Shown here piece by piece: positions 1 to 14,062 of a stretch of DNA of 64,000 nt. Numbering within the stretch: position 1 is the first letter of the stretch; each line of letters opens with the position of its first letter. The stretch comes from Eledone cirrhosa (Eukaryota). The DNA is taken from the NCBI GenBank assembly GCA_964016885.1, contig OZ024742.1, positions 186,186,001 to 186,250,000 of the forward strand, read 5' to 3'. The translations under genes and the position numbers were made by a program. The notes below the pieces were generated by a model. That model did no database searches and was not told the DNA's origin. It worked only from the letters and a program-made list of their open reading frames with translations.

Positions 1-44
1 TGTGTGTATATATGTATATATATATATATATATATGTGTGTGTA

Positions 45-91
<47 letters not shown>

Positions 92-92
92 A

Positions 93-133
<41 letters not shown>

Positions 134-158
134 ATATGTATGTTTGTATGTATGTTTG

Positions 159-231
<73 letters not shown>

Positions 232-288
232 ATATGTATGTATGTGTGTGTGTATTTTTTTAATATATATATATATTTATGTATATAT
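1..288. repeat. (TA)n/(TG)n compound microsatellite
   Basis: Seen directly; the ORFs here are YI/CV repeat artefacts. Confidence 0.95.
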
Positions 289-788
289 ACAATTAAGTTA
301 AAAATGTACATCTACATATGCATACTGAAATACTAGTGTGTATATGAATACACACACGTATACATATGTAGGTGTACCAAGTCTTTCACTGGTCGCTTTA
401 CAGTGAGCGGCCCAGCTATTCTGTATGTAAACACACAGACAAACCGGTTTTTAGAGTCATACTGGTTTTTCGGGGGAACACCTTCCCCCTATTCTCCAGA
501 AAGCCAGACAAGGAATATTGAACTAGTTTCGTTGTTGTTACAACTCATCAGCAATATTTACCTATCTACCGGCCTTTCTGGAGAATAGGGGGAAGGTGTT
601 CCCCCGAAAAACCAGTATGACTCTAAAAACCGGTTTGTCTGTGTGTTTACATACAGAATAGCTGGGCCGCTCACTGTAAAGCGACCAGTGAAAGACTTGG
701 TACACCTACATATGTATACGTGTGTGTATTCATATACACACTAGTATTTCAGTATGCATATGTAGATGTACATTTTTAACTTAATTGT
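289..788. repeat. Perfect inverted repeat, 215-bp arms (289-503 / 574-788) with 70-bp spacer
   Basis: Arms are reverse complements with a constant coordinate sum of 1077, so no indels. Confidence 0.95.
514..558 (-). ncRNA. Minimal type I hammerhead ribozyme
   Basis: Minus strand AAUAUUG-CUGAUGA-GUUGU aaca ACAAC-GAA-ACUAGU-U-CAAUAUU: 7-bp helix I, 5-bp helix II, palindromic helix III, GUU cleavage triplet. Confidence 0.85.
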
Positions 789-857
789 TTAAGCGTCAGT
801 CATACAAAAGTGAGTTACAAACGAAGCGAAATTTAATTTCGTTTCGTTATTTGTTTT

Positions 858-1990
<1,133 letters not shown>

Positions 1991-2448
1991 TTTGTGAACG
2001 TGTCTGTTGATTTTTGGCATATAGTTGATTAGTTTAAGAGAAGTTCGAAGATAATTGTAAGATATGCACTCTGTATTTTGAATCTGTCTACAGAATTCTC
2101 TAAACCTTTGTCACTTAGTAGAACCTTAATGATTTTAGCTTTTAAAGAATCTCCCTTTTCTTTAATTCTATCGACCATGACTGACCCCCCACTGATCTTA
2201 TAGACATCTGTTAGCTTAAGAGAAACTTAATGACAAGGAATGGTATGCCATCCAGAACCTGTTTATAGAATTCTGTCTGCCTTTGTTACTCGAAAAACAT
2301 AAATAAATAAAAATAAACTATAGCTTTGTAGAATTAGCTTTTAATGAATTCCCTTTTCTATCAACCAATGACCTACACCCATCCCACTCCCCACCCTCTC
2401 CTACCACTTGTAGAGACCTATAAATACCATTTTTATTTTTTGATACCC

Positions 2449-2499
2449 AGATTCCTGATGATTTCTAATGAATGAAACAGTTCTAGTCCTGTAGAATCT
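2449..2499 (+). ncRNA. Type I hammerhead ribozyme in a PLE pLTR-like repeat
   Basis: AGAUUC-CUGAUGA-U UUC uaau GAA U-GAA-ACAG uucuaguc CUGU-A-GAAUCU; GUA site. A related degenerate copy lies on the minus strand at about 47119-47166. Confidence 0.8.
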
Positions 2500-2731
2500 C
2501 TTCTATATTAAAACTTTTATACTCTACTATGTATTGAGTACCTTACTTACTGTGGTTACCTCCGATTCAACCCGGAATAACGTACATATATATATATATA
2601 TATATATATAGATTTACAGAAATAGTGACAAATGAATTTACAGAAGTCATAAAGCAACCAGGTTTACTTCGTCAGAAGATAAGTACATTATACTAAAAGT
2701 GTGTTTCTTATTCTTTATGTATATATATATA

Positions 2732-3340
2732 TCATCATCATCATCATCATTTAACGTCTATCTTCCACGCTAGCATTGGTTTAGACAGGAATTGTCCTAC
2801 TTGAGGCAAGATTGGTCGGGTGACCATGTCTCGCTCGTATAGCAGGTTTTCTACGGCTGGATGCCCTTCCTAACACCAACCATGTTTACAGTGTGGACTG
2901 GGAGGTTTTTACCATGTTACCTACACGGTCACATTACAGCGTGGACTGTGTGTTTTTTTGACACCTACACGACCGCATTTATTTTGGACTGGATGTTGTG
3001 GTACCAACATAACTTTACAGAGAAAAGGTGGTGTTGGTGGGAGTAGGGGATAGTGGGATGGGGGTGTACATTTAGTTAAGAGGTGCCTACTGACTGTAGG
3101 TTTCACTTTGTACATAGGTAAGGCGGGTCTTCTGTATTACCGCGTAGCACCAAAGATCTCGGTCCAGTGACATTGTCTTATAGAGGTGCAAGTTTGTAAG
3201 GTCGGAATTTATCAAATCAGCCACATATAAAATCTACGTTCTTAGATAGCTTACCTGTGATCCCACTACATCTTTTATGTACCCATAATTTGCATTTGGG
3301 ACATAAAATGGAATTTCTGCCTACTCCTTTCCTACACACA
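2732..3340 (-). mobile_element. RTE LINE 3' end fragments with (CAT)n tail
   Basis: Reverse-complement similarity to 7300-7847 and to the Cys-rich segment of the RTE ORF. Confidence 0.85.
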
Positions 3341-3354
3341 CATATATATATATA

Positions 3355-4220
3355 CAGGGTGCGGACGATATTTGTTCGCAATTTTCAACTGCTAATTTTA
3401 TGCAAATTTTTTTTACTTCCATTTTCACTCTTGTCTTCATAAAAAGAGTGACTATATTTCCATTATTTATTTTCAGAATAATTGATTATGAATCATTTTG
3501 AACCTCCAAATTTGTGGAATAGACACGGAGTTCTTCTTGGAATCCGCGTCGGGAAGACAAATAAGACCAGAAGATCAACTCCCAGAACAACAGGTGGCTC
3601 ACTGTCTCATCCAAAGACGTGCCTAGAATCATGCAGACAAAGTTTCCAGCAACAACATTGGTCTTAGGTGTCGTCAGCAGTCAAGGTGACATCATGCCAC
3701 CTTACTTCTTCCCTGAGGGCCTCAAGCTGAACACCGATGGCTACATCCGCGTTCTGAGCGAGGTAGTAAAGCCCTGGATCGACCAGTAGCTGCAGGTAGG
3801 CCGTATGTGTGGCAGCAAGACTCAGCGCCCTGCCATACCAGCCGAAAGCTCCAAGCCTGGCTGTCAGAGAACTTCGTCGACCACACTTCCCCTGACATTT
3901 GGCTTCCCAGCTCGCCTGACTGTTACAGCATCGACTTATTTGTGTGGGGTGCAGTGGAATGAGACACCAACAGATCTAGCTGAAATATGAAAGATGATCT
4001 GAAGGCTAGGATCACAAGTGTCTTTAGGGGCCTAAGTCAGGGGACAGTAACGAAGGCCTGTAGCCGGTTCCAAGGCCGTCATCAAAGCCAATGGCGGGTT
4101 TATCGAGTGTGATCGAAAGAACAAGTCATGAAGACAAACTGACCCAAGTTTGATAAATAAAACTACTATATTATTTTTTCTTAGACAGTAATCTTGCGAA
4201 CAAATATCGTCCGCACCCTG
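3355..4220 (+). mobile_element. Internally deleted Tc1/mariner element (maT/DD37D-like)
   Basis: 27-bp perfect TIRs CAGGGTGCGGACGATATTTGTTCGCAA (3355-3381 / 4194-4220) with TA on both sides. Transposase remnant ...YVWQQDSAPCHTS...WLPSSPDC..ID.FVWG with stops. Confidence 0.9.
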
Positions 4221-4620
4221 TACATACTGCAAGATCAATAATAATAAACAGTGAAAACAAATATATATATATATATATAAGAAGCAAAGAAAATTTCAAA
4301 GATACGAAAGATTTCCTGGTGGAAGTTCAGGTGTACTCCGGGTTGGTATCCAGTTTTGAGGTGAAAATCCAATCAGATTGCAAGAAATGTCAACATGAAT
4401 GGACCTGTTATTTTTATCTAAAGACATTTTTTCCAATTCCATCCCGCTAGTCCCCTCAACTTATCTTATTTCTCATTCTTTCTTCTGATGAAGGACTACC
4501 GGCCAAAATGTTAAGACCCTCTTCCTGCTATATCAAGCATTAACCTAATATATACCTTCCATATACTGTACCGATTGTGTTGTTATTTCTGTTTACCTTT
4601 TACACACATACATATATATA

Positions 4621-4922
4621 CAGTGGAACCTTGGTTCATGAACTTACTTCCAGAAGCTGTTTGTCACCTGAAATGTTCAGAAACAAAAACTATTTTTCTT
4701 ATATGAAATGTTGAGAAGGAAACAGAGTAAGAGAAAGACTGTGTGAAAGACAGATAGATATCAACATAGTAACTAACTACACACCAAGTGATAATTTCCT
4801 GCTGACTTGCGTGTTTGTTACTCGAGACACCGTTCATGAACTGAGATGTTTTATGTTTGGAAAAATTGTTTGTAAACCAATTTGTTCGTAATGAGAAGTA
4901 TTTGTGAACTGAGGTTCCACTG
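4621..4922. mobile_element. pogo/Tigger-like MITE
   Basis: Imperfect TIRs CAGTGGAACCTTGGTTCATGAA / TTTGTGAACTGAGGTTCCACTG, TA-flanked on the left, non-coding interior. Confidence 0.7.
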
Positions 4923-4926
4923 TGTA

Positions 4927-4969
<43 letters not shown>

Positions 4970-4975
<6 letters not shown>

Positions 4976-7847
4976 GAGGAGGGCTTCAGAATCCTGGAAT
5001 TCTGTGACGTAAATAGCCTAACTATCTGTAACACAAACTTCAAAAAACGTGAAAACCACTTGATCACCTATAGATCAGGGAAACACGCCAGCCAGATAGA
5101 TTATATCCTAACTAGGAGTTGGGACAAAGTGTCTGTTGTAAACACTAAATCCCTCCCCCGTAAAGAATGCACCTCCCAACATAGCCTCATAGTTAGTGAC
5201 CTCATAGTCAGAAATAGACGTACTCGACGACAGAGGAGGCCTACCTTGAGGAGAAGAATATGGAAGTTGAAGGACCCCATAGCCAGTGACAAATTTAAAA
5301 GCTTATTACTTGATGCCTTTGACAAAAAGGAAGAGCAATTAGAGACGTGCGATATAGAGGAACAGTGGCAATTCTTGAAAGTGAACCTGCTGAAAGCAAC
5401 AAATGAAATCTGTGGCTGGAGCAGACCTATTGGCAGGAGGAGAGTAACTTGGTGGTGGAACAGTAAGATGGAAGAGACAATCAAGGCCAAAAAGCAGGCT
5501 TGGAAAGTATGGTAGGATGGGGGAAGTAGAGAGCACTATCAAGTGGCCAGGAGAGAAGCTTGGAGACAAGTGTACCTTGCAAAAAGGGAAGCAGAGGATA
5601 GAAAGTTCAAGCATGTTCTACAACGTGAGGACCAAAAACGTGAGGTGTTCAGGATTGCTAGACAATGTGTCAAGCTAAACCGTGATATTGTCCGGCAGAA
5701 GTGTGTCCGCAATGATAACGGTGTACTTGCCCTCACTGATACTGATAAGAAGATAGCCTGGAAGTGTCACTACGAGAGACTATTAAATGAGGAGAATAAA
5801 TGGTAGTCTGTCCCAAATCGATCCAATAGAAGGACCAGCAGTGCAAGTTAAAGGTAGTATAATAAGTAAGGCAATCAAAGATATGAAGACAGGCAAGGCA
5901 GCTGGGCCTTCGGAGATAGTTGCTGAGATGTTGAAGGCATCTGGTATGGTGGGACACACTATGGTCACCCGTATAGTTAACCAAGTAATATAGAATGGGG
6001 TCATACTGAAAGACTGGTGTAGCAGCATCATCATTAACTGCTACAAGGGTAAAGGGGATGCTCTAGATAGGGGAAACTATAGAGGCATTAAGTTAGTTGA
6101 CCAGGTCATGAAGGTCACAGAAAGAGTTATAGCACAATTAATCAGAGAGCAAATTGATACCTAGCTAAAAGTAAACCCCTCTACTTAGCTTTTGTAGACC
6201 TGGAGAAAGCCTTTGACAGAGGCTCCCGCTCCATTATCTGGTGTGCTCTTAGAAAACTAAGTGTAGATGAATGGCTTGTGAGAGCTATACAAGCTATGTA
6301 TAATGAAACAGTCAGTAAGGTTAGAATTAACAATGAATATTGTGAAGAATTTAGTGTAAAAGTTAGCATTCATCAAGGCACAGTCCTTAGCCCCCTCCTA
6401 TTTATTATTGCTCTTCTTCAGGTTATAACAGAGGAGTTCAAGACTGGCTGCCCATGGGAACTCCTATACGCAGATGATCTAATGCTCATAGCTGAATCAA
6501 TGACTGAACTAGAGAAGAAATTCTAAACATGGAAAAATGGCCTAGAATCAAAAGGCCTTAAAGTTAACTTGTCTAAGACTAAAGTTCTAGTTTGTAGAAA
6601 GGAAAATAGGGCACAGGTGCCCTCAAGGAAATGGCCATGCTCAGTGTGAAGGAAAGGAGTTGGCAGAAATTCCATTTTATGTCCCAAATGCAAAGTATAG
6701 GTGCATAAAAGATGTGGGATCACAGGTAAACTATCTAAGAACGTAGACTTTATGTGGCCAATGCTCAGGTGCAATAAGTAGCAAGTGTCCACAGGATACT
6801 AGCTCCTTCTATTGCCCAGATGGTTCTATAGAAATAGTAGACACTTTCCGTTACCTGGGTGATGAAATCAGCAGTGGTGGAGGGTGTTCTGAAAGTACAG
6901 TAGCCAGAGTCAGTACGGGATGGAAAAAGTTCAGAGATTATACTGCTGTTGGCCACAAAAGGTTTCTCTCTAAAAATGAAAGGTAGATTGTATGATGCCT
7001 GTATACGAACAGCAATGCTAAATGGCAGTGAGACATGGGCATTGTGTGCAGAGGACCTGTGCAGACTGGAAAGGAATGAAGCATGCATGCTCCGTTGGAT
7101 GTGTAATAGTAATATACGTGAACGGCAAAGCATAAATGAACTAAGTGGGAAATTAGGAATAAGAGGGATCAGATGCTGTTTACTTGAGAGAAGACTACGT
7201 TGGTATGGTCATGTGATGCGCTTGAAAGATGACAGCTGCATAAAAAAAGTGCAGGGCGATCAAAATTGATGGTAGTTACGGAGTAGGTAGACCCCAAAAA
7301 ACCTGGGACGATCTGATAAATTCCGACCTTACACACTTGCACTTCTCTAAGACAATGTCACTGGACCTAGATCTTTGGCGCTACACAGTAATTCAGAAGA
7401 CCCGCCTTGCCTATGTACAAAGCGAAACCTACAGTCAGTAGGCACCTCCTAACCAAATATACACCCCAATCCACTACCCTACCCTATCCTCCCACTCCCA
7501 CCAACACCACCCTTTCTCTGTAAAGTTGGTACCACAACATCCAGTCCAAATAAATGAAATAATGAGATCGAGATTGTGTAGGTGTCACGACAAAAAAAAA
7601 AAAGAAAAAACAAAAAAAACATTAAGCCCACGCTGTAAAGTGGTAACACGGTAAAAATTTCACAGTTCCACACTGTAAATGTGGTTGATGTTAGGAAGGG
7701 AATCCAGCCGTAGAAAGCCTGCCAGATAGTCCTATATGAGCGAGACACGGTCACCCGACCAACCTTGCCTCAAGTGGCACAACTCCCATCTAACCCATGC
7801 TAGCGTGGAAGATGGACGTTAAACGATGATGATGATGATGATGATGA
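4970..7847 (+). mobile_element. RTE-clade LINE, 5'-truncated and degenerate (end of APE endonuclease, RT, 3' UTR, (GAT)n tail)
   Basis: SQIDYIL/SQH.L endonuclease motifs, QGTVLSPLLF, YADD, RRLRWYGHV; multiple stops and frameshifts. Confidence 0.93.
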
Positions 7848-9126
7848 TCATCATCATCATCATCATCAACGTTTAACGTCCGTGTTCCACGCTTGCATGG
7901 GTTTGGACGGGGGTAGTCCCACTTGAGGCAAGAGTGATTGTCTTGCTCGCATAGGACTGTCTGGCAGGTTTTCTACAGTTGGATGCCCTTCCTAACACCA
8001 ACCACATTTACAGTGTGGGTCTGGGAGGTTTTTACCGTGTTGCCTACACGGCCACATTACAGCGTGGACTGTGTGTTTTTTTGTCGTGACACCTACACGA
8101 TCTCATTTGTTTCGGCCTCGATGGCGCGGCACCAACATAACTTTACATAGAACGGGGTGGTGTGGATCGGGTGGGGGTGGTGGGACGGGGTGTATTTGTT
8201 AGAGATGCCTACTGGCTGGAGTAGGTTTTTACTATATATTTAGGTAAGGCGGGTCTTCTCTGTTACTGAGTACCGCCAAAGGTCTCGGTCCAGTGACATT
8301 GTCTTGGAGAGGTGTAAGTGTGTGATGTCGGAGTTTATCAGCTCGTCCCAGGTTTTTCTAGGTCTGCCTATTCCGTGACTACCGTCTATCTTTATTGCCC
8401 TGCACTTTGTTATACAGCTATCGACTTTCATGCGCATCACGTGTCCATACCAACGTAGCCTTCTCTCGAGTAAACAACATCTGATCCCTCTTATCTCTAA
8501 TTTATTCCTTAGTTCGTTTATGCTTTGCCGTTCACGTATATTACTGTTACACATCCAGCGGAGCATGCAAGCTTCGTTCCTCTCTAGTCTGCGTATATCC
8601 TCTGCACACAATGCCCAGGTCTCACTGCCATGCAGCATTGCTGTTCGTATGCAGGCATCGTACAACCTGCCTTTCATTTTTAGTGAGAACCCTTTAGCAG
8701 CTAATAGTGGTATAAGCTCTCTGAACTTTTTCCAACCAGTTCTGACTCTAGCTACAGTACTTTCAGAGCACCCTCCCCCACTGCTGATTTTATCGCCCAG
8801 GTAACGGAAGCTGTCCACTATTTCTATAGAACCCTCTGCGCAATTGAAAGAGCTAGTAGTTTGTGGGCACTTGCTGCTACTTATTGCACCAGAGCACCGG
8901 CCACATGTAAAATCTATGTTCTTAGTTAGCCTACCTGTGATCCCACTACATCTTTTATGCACCCATACTTTGCATTTAGGACATAAAATGGAGTTTCTAC
9001 CTACGCCTTTCCTACACACCGAGCACGACCATTTCCCAGAAGGGACCGCCGCCTTGTTTTCTTTCCTACAAACTAGTACTTTGGTCTTAGCCAGGTTAAT
9101 TTTAAGTCCTTTTGACTCTAGGCCGA
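7848..9126 (-). mobile_element. RTE LINE 3' fragment with open C-terminal frame, tail-to-tail with the previous copy
   Basis: ORF 8240-9019 (CRKGVGRNSILCPKC...RRLRWYGHVMR...GRPRKTW) and (CAT)n tail. Confidence 0.93.
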
Positions 9127-9174
9127 TGTAAAGTGATATTAAATAAATGGAAACTATATTTATAAAACCATATT

Positions 9175-9236
9175 TATTCTATTATATATATTTCAAGGGT
9201 ACCAAAAACTTTGGTACGCTTTCATCAGATAAAATA
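9175..9236 (-). ncRNA. Minimal type I hammerhead ribozyme, family A
   Basis: UAUUUUAU-CUGAUGA-AAG c GUACCAAA guu UUUGGUAC c CUU-GAA-AUAUAUAU-A-AUAGAAUA. Confidence 0.82.
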
Positions 9237-9784
9237 CAAAGAGTGTTTTATAAATTTTGACATAGCCAAGGAAAACATTCCTTCCAAGGAATATTCAACT
9301 GATAAGGTATGTTTTCCTATATATATATATATATATATCAAGATTAGCACAATAAGGACAAAAATATAAAACATGGAGACAACACGGAAAACAATGCACC
9401 CCTCTTCAGCTATAGGTTATGTAACAATCTGGTTTTGATGTATGGTGGTACCGGCGGCCCTTTAACTGTATCAATAGCTTACAACGCTCTAGCTATTAGT
9501 GAATAGAAAACATAGGAAACAAATATAGAAAATATCTGTGCCTTTTGATGAAATGGGAGCAGCAAAACGAACCTTAAACAATAATGATTTCTACTAAAGC
9601 CACAAGGCCAGCAATTTGGGGAGATGGGAAAGTAGATTCAACCCCAGTGCATTATTTTATCAATCTCGTAAGGATGAAAGGCAAAGCTAACATTGGTGGG
9701 ATTTGAACTCAGACCGTAAAGGGCCGTAACTCTATGCTGAAAAGCATGGTGCCGACGCTCTACTGATACTGCCAATCTACTTCA

Positions 9785-10092
9785 GTTATGAATGACCTTG
9801 AGATTTGCACCTAGAAAGTTTCCCTCCAAGGCACAAATCTGTGCAAGGTTGTTTATGGAAGATCAGTAGTCGCCCATGCATACCAGTCTCCCTTCTCCAC
9901 ACCATCGATATTGTCGAAGGGAAAAGCAATGATTGATAGAACTTGGCACCAGAGACATTGCAACTCATTTCTACAGCTGAGTAAACTGGAGTAATGTGAA
10001 AGGACACAACATATCACTCAATCCGAGAATCAAACTCATAACCTCATGACTGCAAGCCCCAAATTCTAACAACTAAGCCATGTACCTTCACA
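9785..10092 (-). mobile_element. tRNA-derived SINE
   Basis: Reverse complement of the 16858-17200 family, with A/B-box-like head. Confidence 0.75.
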
Positions 10093-11036
10093 TGATAATG
10101 GTATATATGTGTGTTAATTTCCTTACATGGCAATCAAGATTTTAACCCAATCATCATCTGAGAGTATAACTTTACAGAAAACCCCTAGGATGTTTCTTAT
10201 TAGCTACTGGTCTTCTAACCCCTAGAATCACAACAGGTAAAGCAAGCTAATAGTATTTTCAATAGCAGCAACTCTTTTATGCTTTTCTCCCAGTTCCACA
10301 CTGTAAATGTGGTTGGTGTTAGGAAGGGCATCCAGCTGTAGAAAACCTGCCAGATAGTCCTATACGAGTGAGACACGGTCACCCGACCAATCTTGCATCA
10401 AGTGGGACAACTCCCGTCTAACCCATGCTAGCGTGGAAGATGGATGTTAAACGATGATGATGATGATGATGATGATGATGATATTGACTTTTAACTTGTA
10501 AAGAATTCTACTCTAATTTCTTGTATTCCTGGTTCCCAAAATATGAACACATATTGTCATCATCATCATTTCCTATATTGGCATGGGTTGGATAGGTTGT
10601 CACACAAACCTAGCTTGCACTTAATTCAAGCCAGTGATATATGTATGTGTGTGTGTGTGTGAACACACATGCACACAGCTCTATTTCTCTGTCTCAGATA
10701 TTTATACAAATTTCTGCACAAGGAAATTAAGATTTTTAACTTGTAACTCGAAAGTAAACCAAAAAGATCTTTCTCACTGACTTACAGTCTTCTAACCTTC
10801 AAAACAAGAGAGAGAGAGAGCGAGAGAGGGAGAGAGAGAGAGGGAGAGAGAGAGAGAGTGTTAATATTTTCAACAGCAGCACTTTCTTGTTGCATTAAAG
10901 CGCATAGTGCCTGTGAAAGAAACAAGAAGAAGCTAACAAGTTGATAGTTACTATTGTAATGGTTAATATTGCCAGAAGAGAGCAATAATTGATTTATTTC
11001 TCTGGGTCATACCATAGCAATCAATGAAAATTAACA

Positions 11037-11083
<47 letters not shown>

Positions 11084-11184
11084 TATACATACACACATAC
11101 ATACACAAATATATATTTAGATATATATACGTGTGAGGATATATATATAATATTAGTGTACATATTTTCAAGTGTAAATATATC

Positions 11185-11217
<33 letters not shown>

Positions 11218-11247
11218 GTATATCTAAATATATATTTGTGTATGCAC

Positions 11248-11286
<39 letters not shown>

Positions 11287-11288
<2 letters not shown>

Positions 11289-11680
11289 ATCATCATCATC
11301 ATTTTACGTCCGCTTTTCCCTACTTGCAAGAGGTGGGACGGGTCCTATTCAGCACAGCATCTCTCCACTTATCATGGTCCTTCGTCATCTCCACCGTGAG
11401 CTTCAGCTCTCACCACCTCCACCCATTGTGTTTCGTGGTCTTCCTCTACTACGTCTTCCTTCAACTGGCATTTCTTGGCACTTCTTCACCCATCAGTCAT
11501 CCTCCATGCGCATCACATGTCCATGCCATTGCAGTCTCCTCTCCTGCACACAACAATTTATCCCTCTCAGACACAGTTTCTCTCTCAACACATCCATGCT
11601 CGGCCATTCACGCACATTGACATTGCAATCCAACGGAGCATGCTTGCCTCATTTCTCTCCAGCCGTCGCATATCCTCTGC
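11287..11680 (-). mobile_element. RTE LINE 3' fragment (second subfamily)
   Basis: Homologous to 42618-43131 and 55264-55731; (CAT)n tail. Confidence 0.85.
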
Positions 11681-12295
11681 ATATATATATGTGTGTGTGT
11701 GTATTTGAGCAAGGTACGATGCAGCTAAATGGCGAAACCTTCCTCAGAACAGGACCATCCAGTTCCACATTGTAAGCGTGGTTGGTGTTAGGAAGGGCAT
11801 CTAGTAGTAAAAAAGAAAAAAAAAACGACCAAAATGCAGTTCCATTTGAGCAATGTATGGCTTGGCCAACTGGCAAGATTTGCTTCATAATGTGGACAAC
11901 CCTTATAACATGGAAAATAAGACGTTAAACAGTGATGGTGGTGATGATGATGATGATGTTGGTGGTGTTGGTGGTGGTGTTGGTGATGATGATGGTGGTG
12001 GTGGTGGTGGTGATGATATAACTACCAAAATTGTAGGTGCAATATATTATTAAAGATCTACCAACTATAAAATAACTCTTTCAGTACATGGACGCTATGA
12101 AAATATTCACAGAAGATATATTTAGCTACTTTGTAGTTCTCCATGTTTTTTCACCTTTATTCTTATTTAACCCCTTAACATTTACATTAATCTATATTTA
12201 CTACTATATTTTCACAGTAAAGGCTTTACCTTACATAATTATCTCACATAATATCGAATCTACAAGATTTTGATATTATTTATTTTGAATATAAT

Positions 12296-12884
12296 CGACA
12301 GTTGTATAAAAAAGTGCAGGGCGATCAAAATTGATGAAAGCTACGGAGTACGCAGACCCAGAAAAACCTGGGACGATTTGATAAATTCAGACCTTACACA
12401 CTTACACCTCTCTAAGACAATGTCACTGGACCAAGATCTTTGGCACTACGCAGTAATACAGAAGACCCGCCTTGCCTATGTACAAAGCAAAACCTACAGT
12501 CAGTAGGCACCTCTTAACCAAAAATACACCCCCATCCCACTACCCCTACTCCCACCCCCATCAACACCACCCCTTTCTCTGAAAAGTTATGTTGGTACCA
12601 CAACATCCAGTTCTAAATAAATGAGGTCGTGTAGGTGTCACGACAAAAAACACACAGTCCATGCTGTAATGTGGCCGTGTAGGTAACATGGTAAAAACCT
12701 CCCAGTCCACACTGTAAATGTGGTTGGTGTTAGGAAGGGCATCCAGCCATAGAAAACCGGCAGTAGAAAACCTGCCAGACAGTCCTATATGAGCAAGACA
12801 ACCAATCTTGCCTCAAGTGGGACAATTCCCATCTAAACCCAAGCTAGCGTGGAAGATAGACGTTAAATGATGATGATGATGATG
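12296..12884 (+). mobile_element. RTE LINE 3' end
   Basis: DSCIKKCRAIKID...RPRKTWDDLI, 3' UTR and (GAT)n tail. Confidence 0.88.
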
Positions 12885-12940
12885 AAATAAATATGTGTGT
12901 GTGTGCATATGTATTCATAGCAATAAAGCATGATTCACAA

Positions 12941-13410
12941 ATGATGGTGGAAATGATGGTGCTGCTGCTGATGATGGTGATGGTTGTGGAGATGATGGTG
13001 GTGGTGGTGGTGGTTGTGGAGATGATGATGGTGATGGTTGTGGAGATGATGATGGTGATGGTTGTGGTGGTAATGATACTGTTGATGATGATGGTGGAAA
13101 TGATGGTGCTGATGATGATTATGGTGTTGATGATGCTGATAGTTGTGGTGGTAATGATGGAAGTGATGGTGGTGGCGATGATGGTGGAAATGATGGTAGT
13201 GATGATGGTGATGTAGTGGTGGTGATGGTTGTAGTGGTAATGATATAAGTGATGATAATGGTGATGGTGGTGGCGATGATGATGATGGCGATGGTGGAAA
13301 TGATGATGGTGCTGATGATGATGGTGGTGGTGGTTTTCGAGATGATGATGGTGATGGTGGAGATGAGATTTTGACAATGATAGTGGTGATAGAGATGATG
13401 GTTGTGGTTT
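12941..13410. repeat. (GAT/GGT)n degenerate trinucleotide repeat
   Basis: Seen directly. Confidence 0.9.
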
Positions 13411-14062
13411 ATTTATTTATTTATTCATTGTCTAGTCTTATTTATATATTAGATATTTTTTTATTAAATTCCCATGATGCAATACGGAAAGTAGATAATA
13501 GTTTCATAACATGACAGAATAAATAAGAAAATAGAAACAAAATAAAAAATAGAGATTTTTTTATTCTTTTACTTGTTTTAGTCAATAGATTACGGCCATG
13601 CTGGGGCACCACAGATTTAGTCAACCATATGAACTCCAGTGCTTATTTTTTAAGCCTGGTACTTATTTTATTAATCTCTGTTGTGTTAAGCTCCTAAGTT
13701 ACAGAATATAATCACAGACACGTTAAATGATGATGATGAGACACAGATACAAACTTAGAACAGAGACATGAACAAATACGTATACTTCTTCAAAATGGCT
13801 GACTGAACATACATGCCTACTTCCTGTAAAAAAAAAAAAAATTTATGTTTCTTCCTCTTCTTAATCTCATCTCTCTTTCGACTTATTCTTCTCTCTTCTG
13901 ATGAAGGACTAACATCCGCAACATTAAGGCTCTTTTCCTAATATATCAAATGTTAAACTAATATTTATCATCATTGCACTGTGTTGTTTTCCTCGACTTT
14001 TCACATATATACATGCATGCATACATATATATATATTCATCTTTTCTATATATATATATATA

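Noticed and set aside
575-640. Second hammerhead in the inverted-repeat arm (CTGGAGA...GGGGGAA/TTCCCCC-GAAA)
   Set aside because: Core mismatch, G at the cleavage position and no helix I partner.
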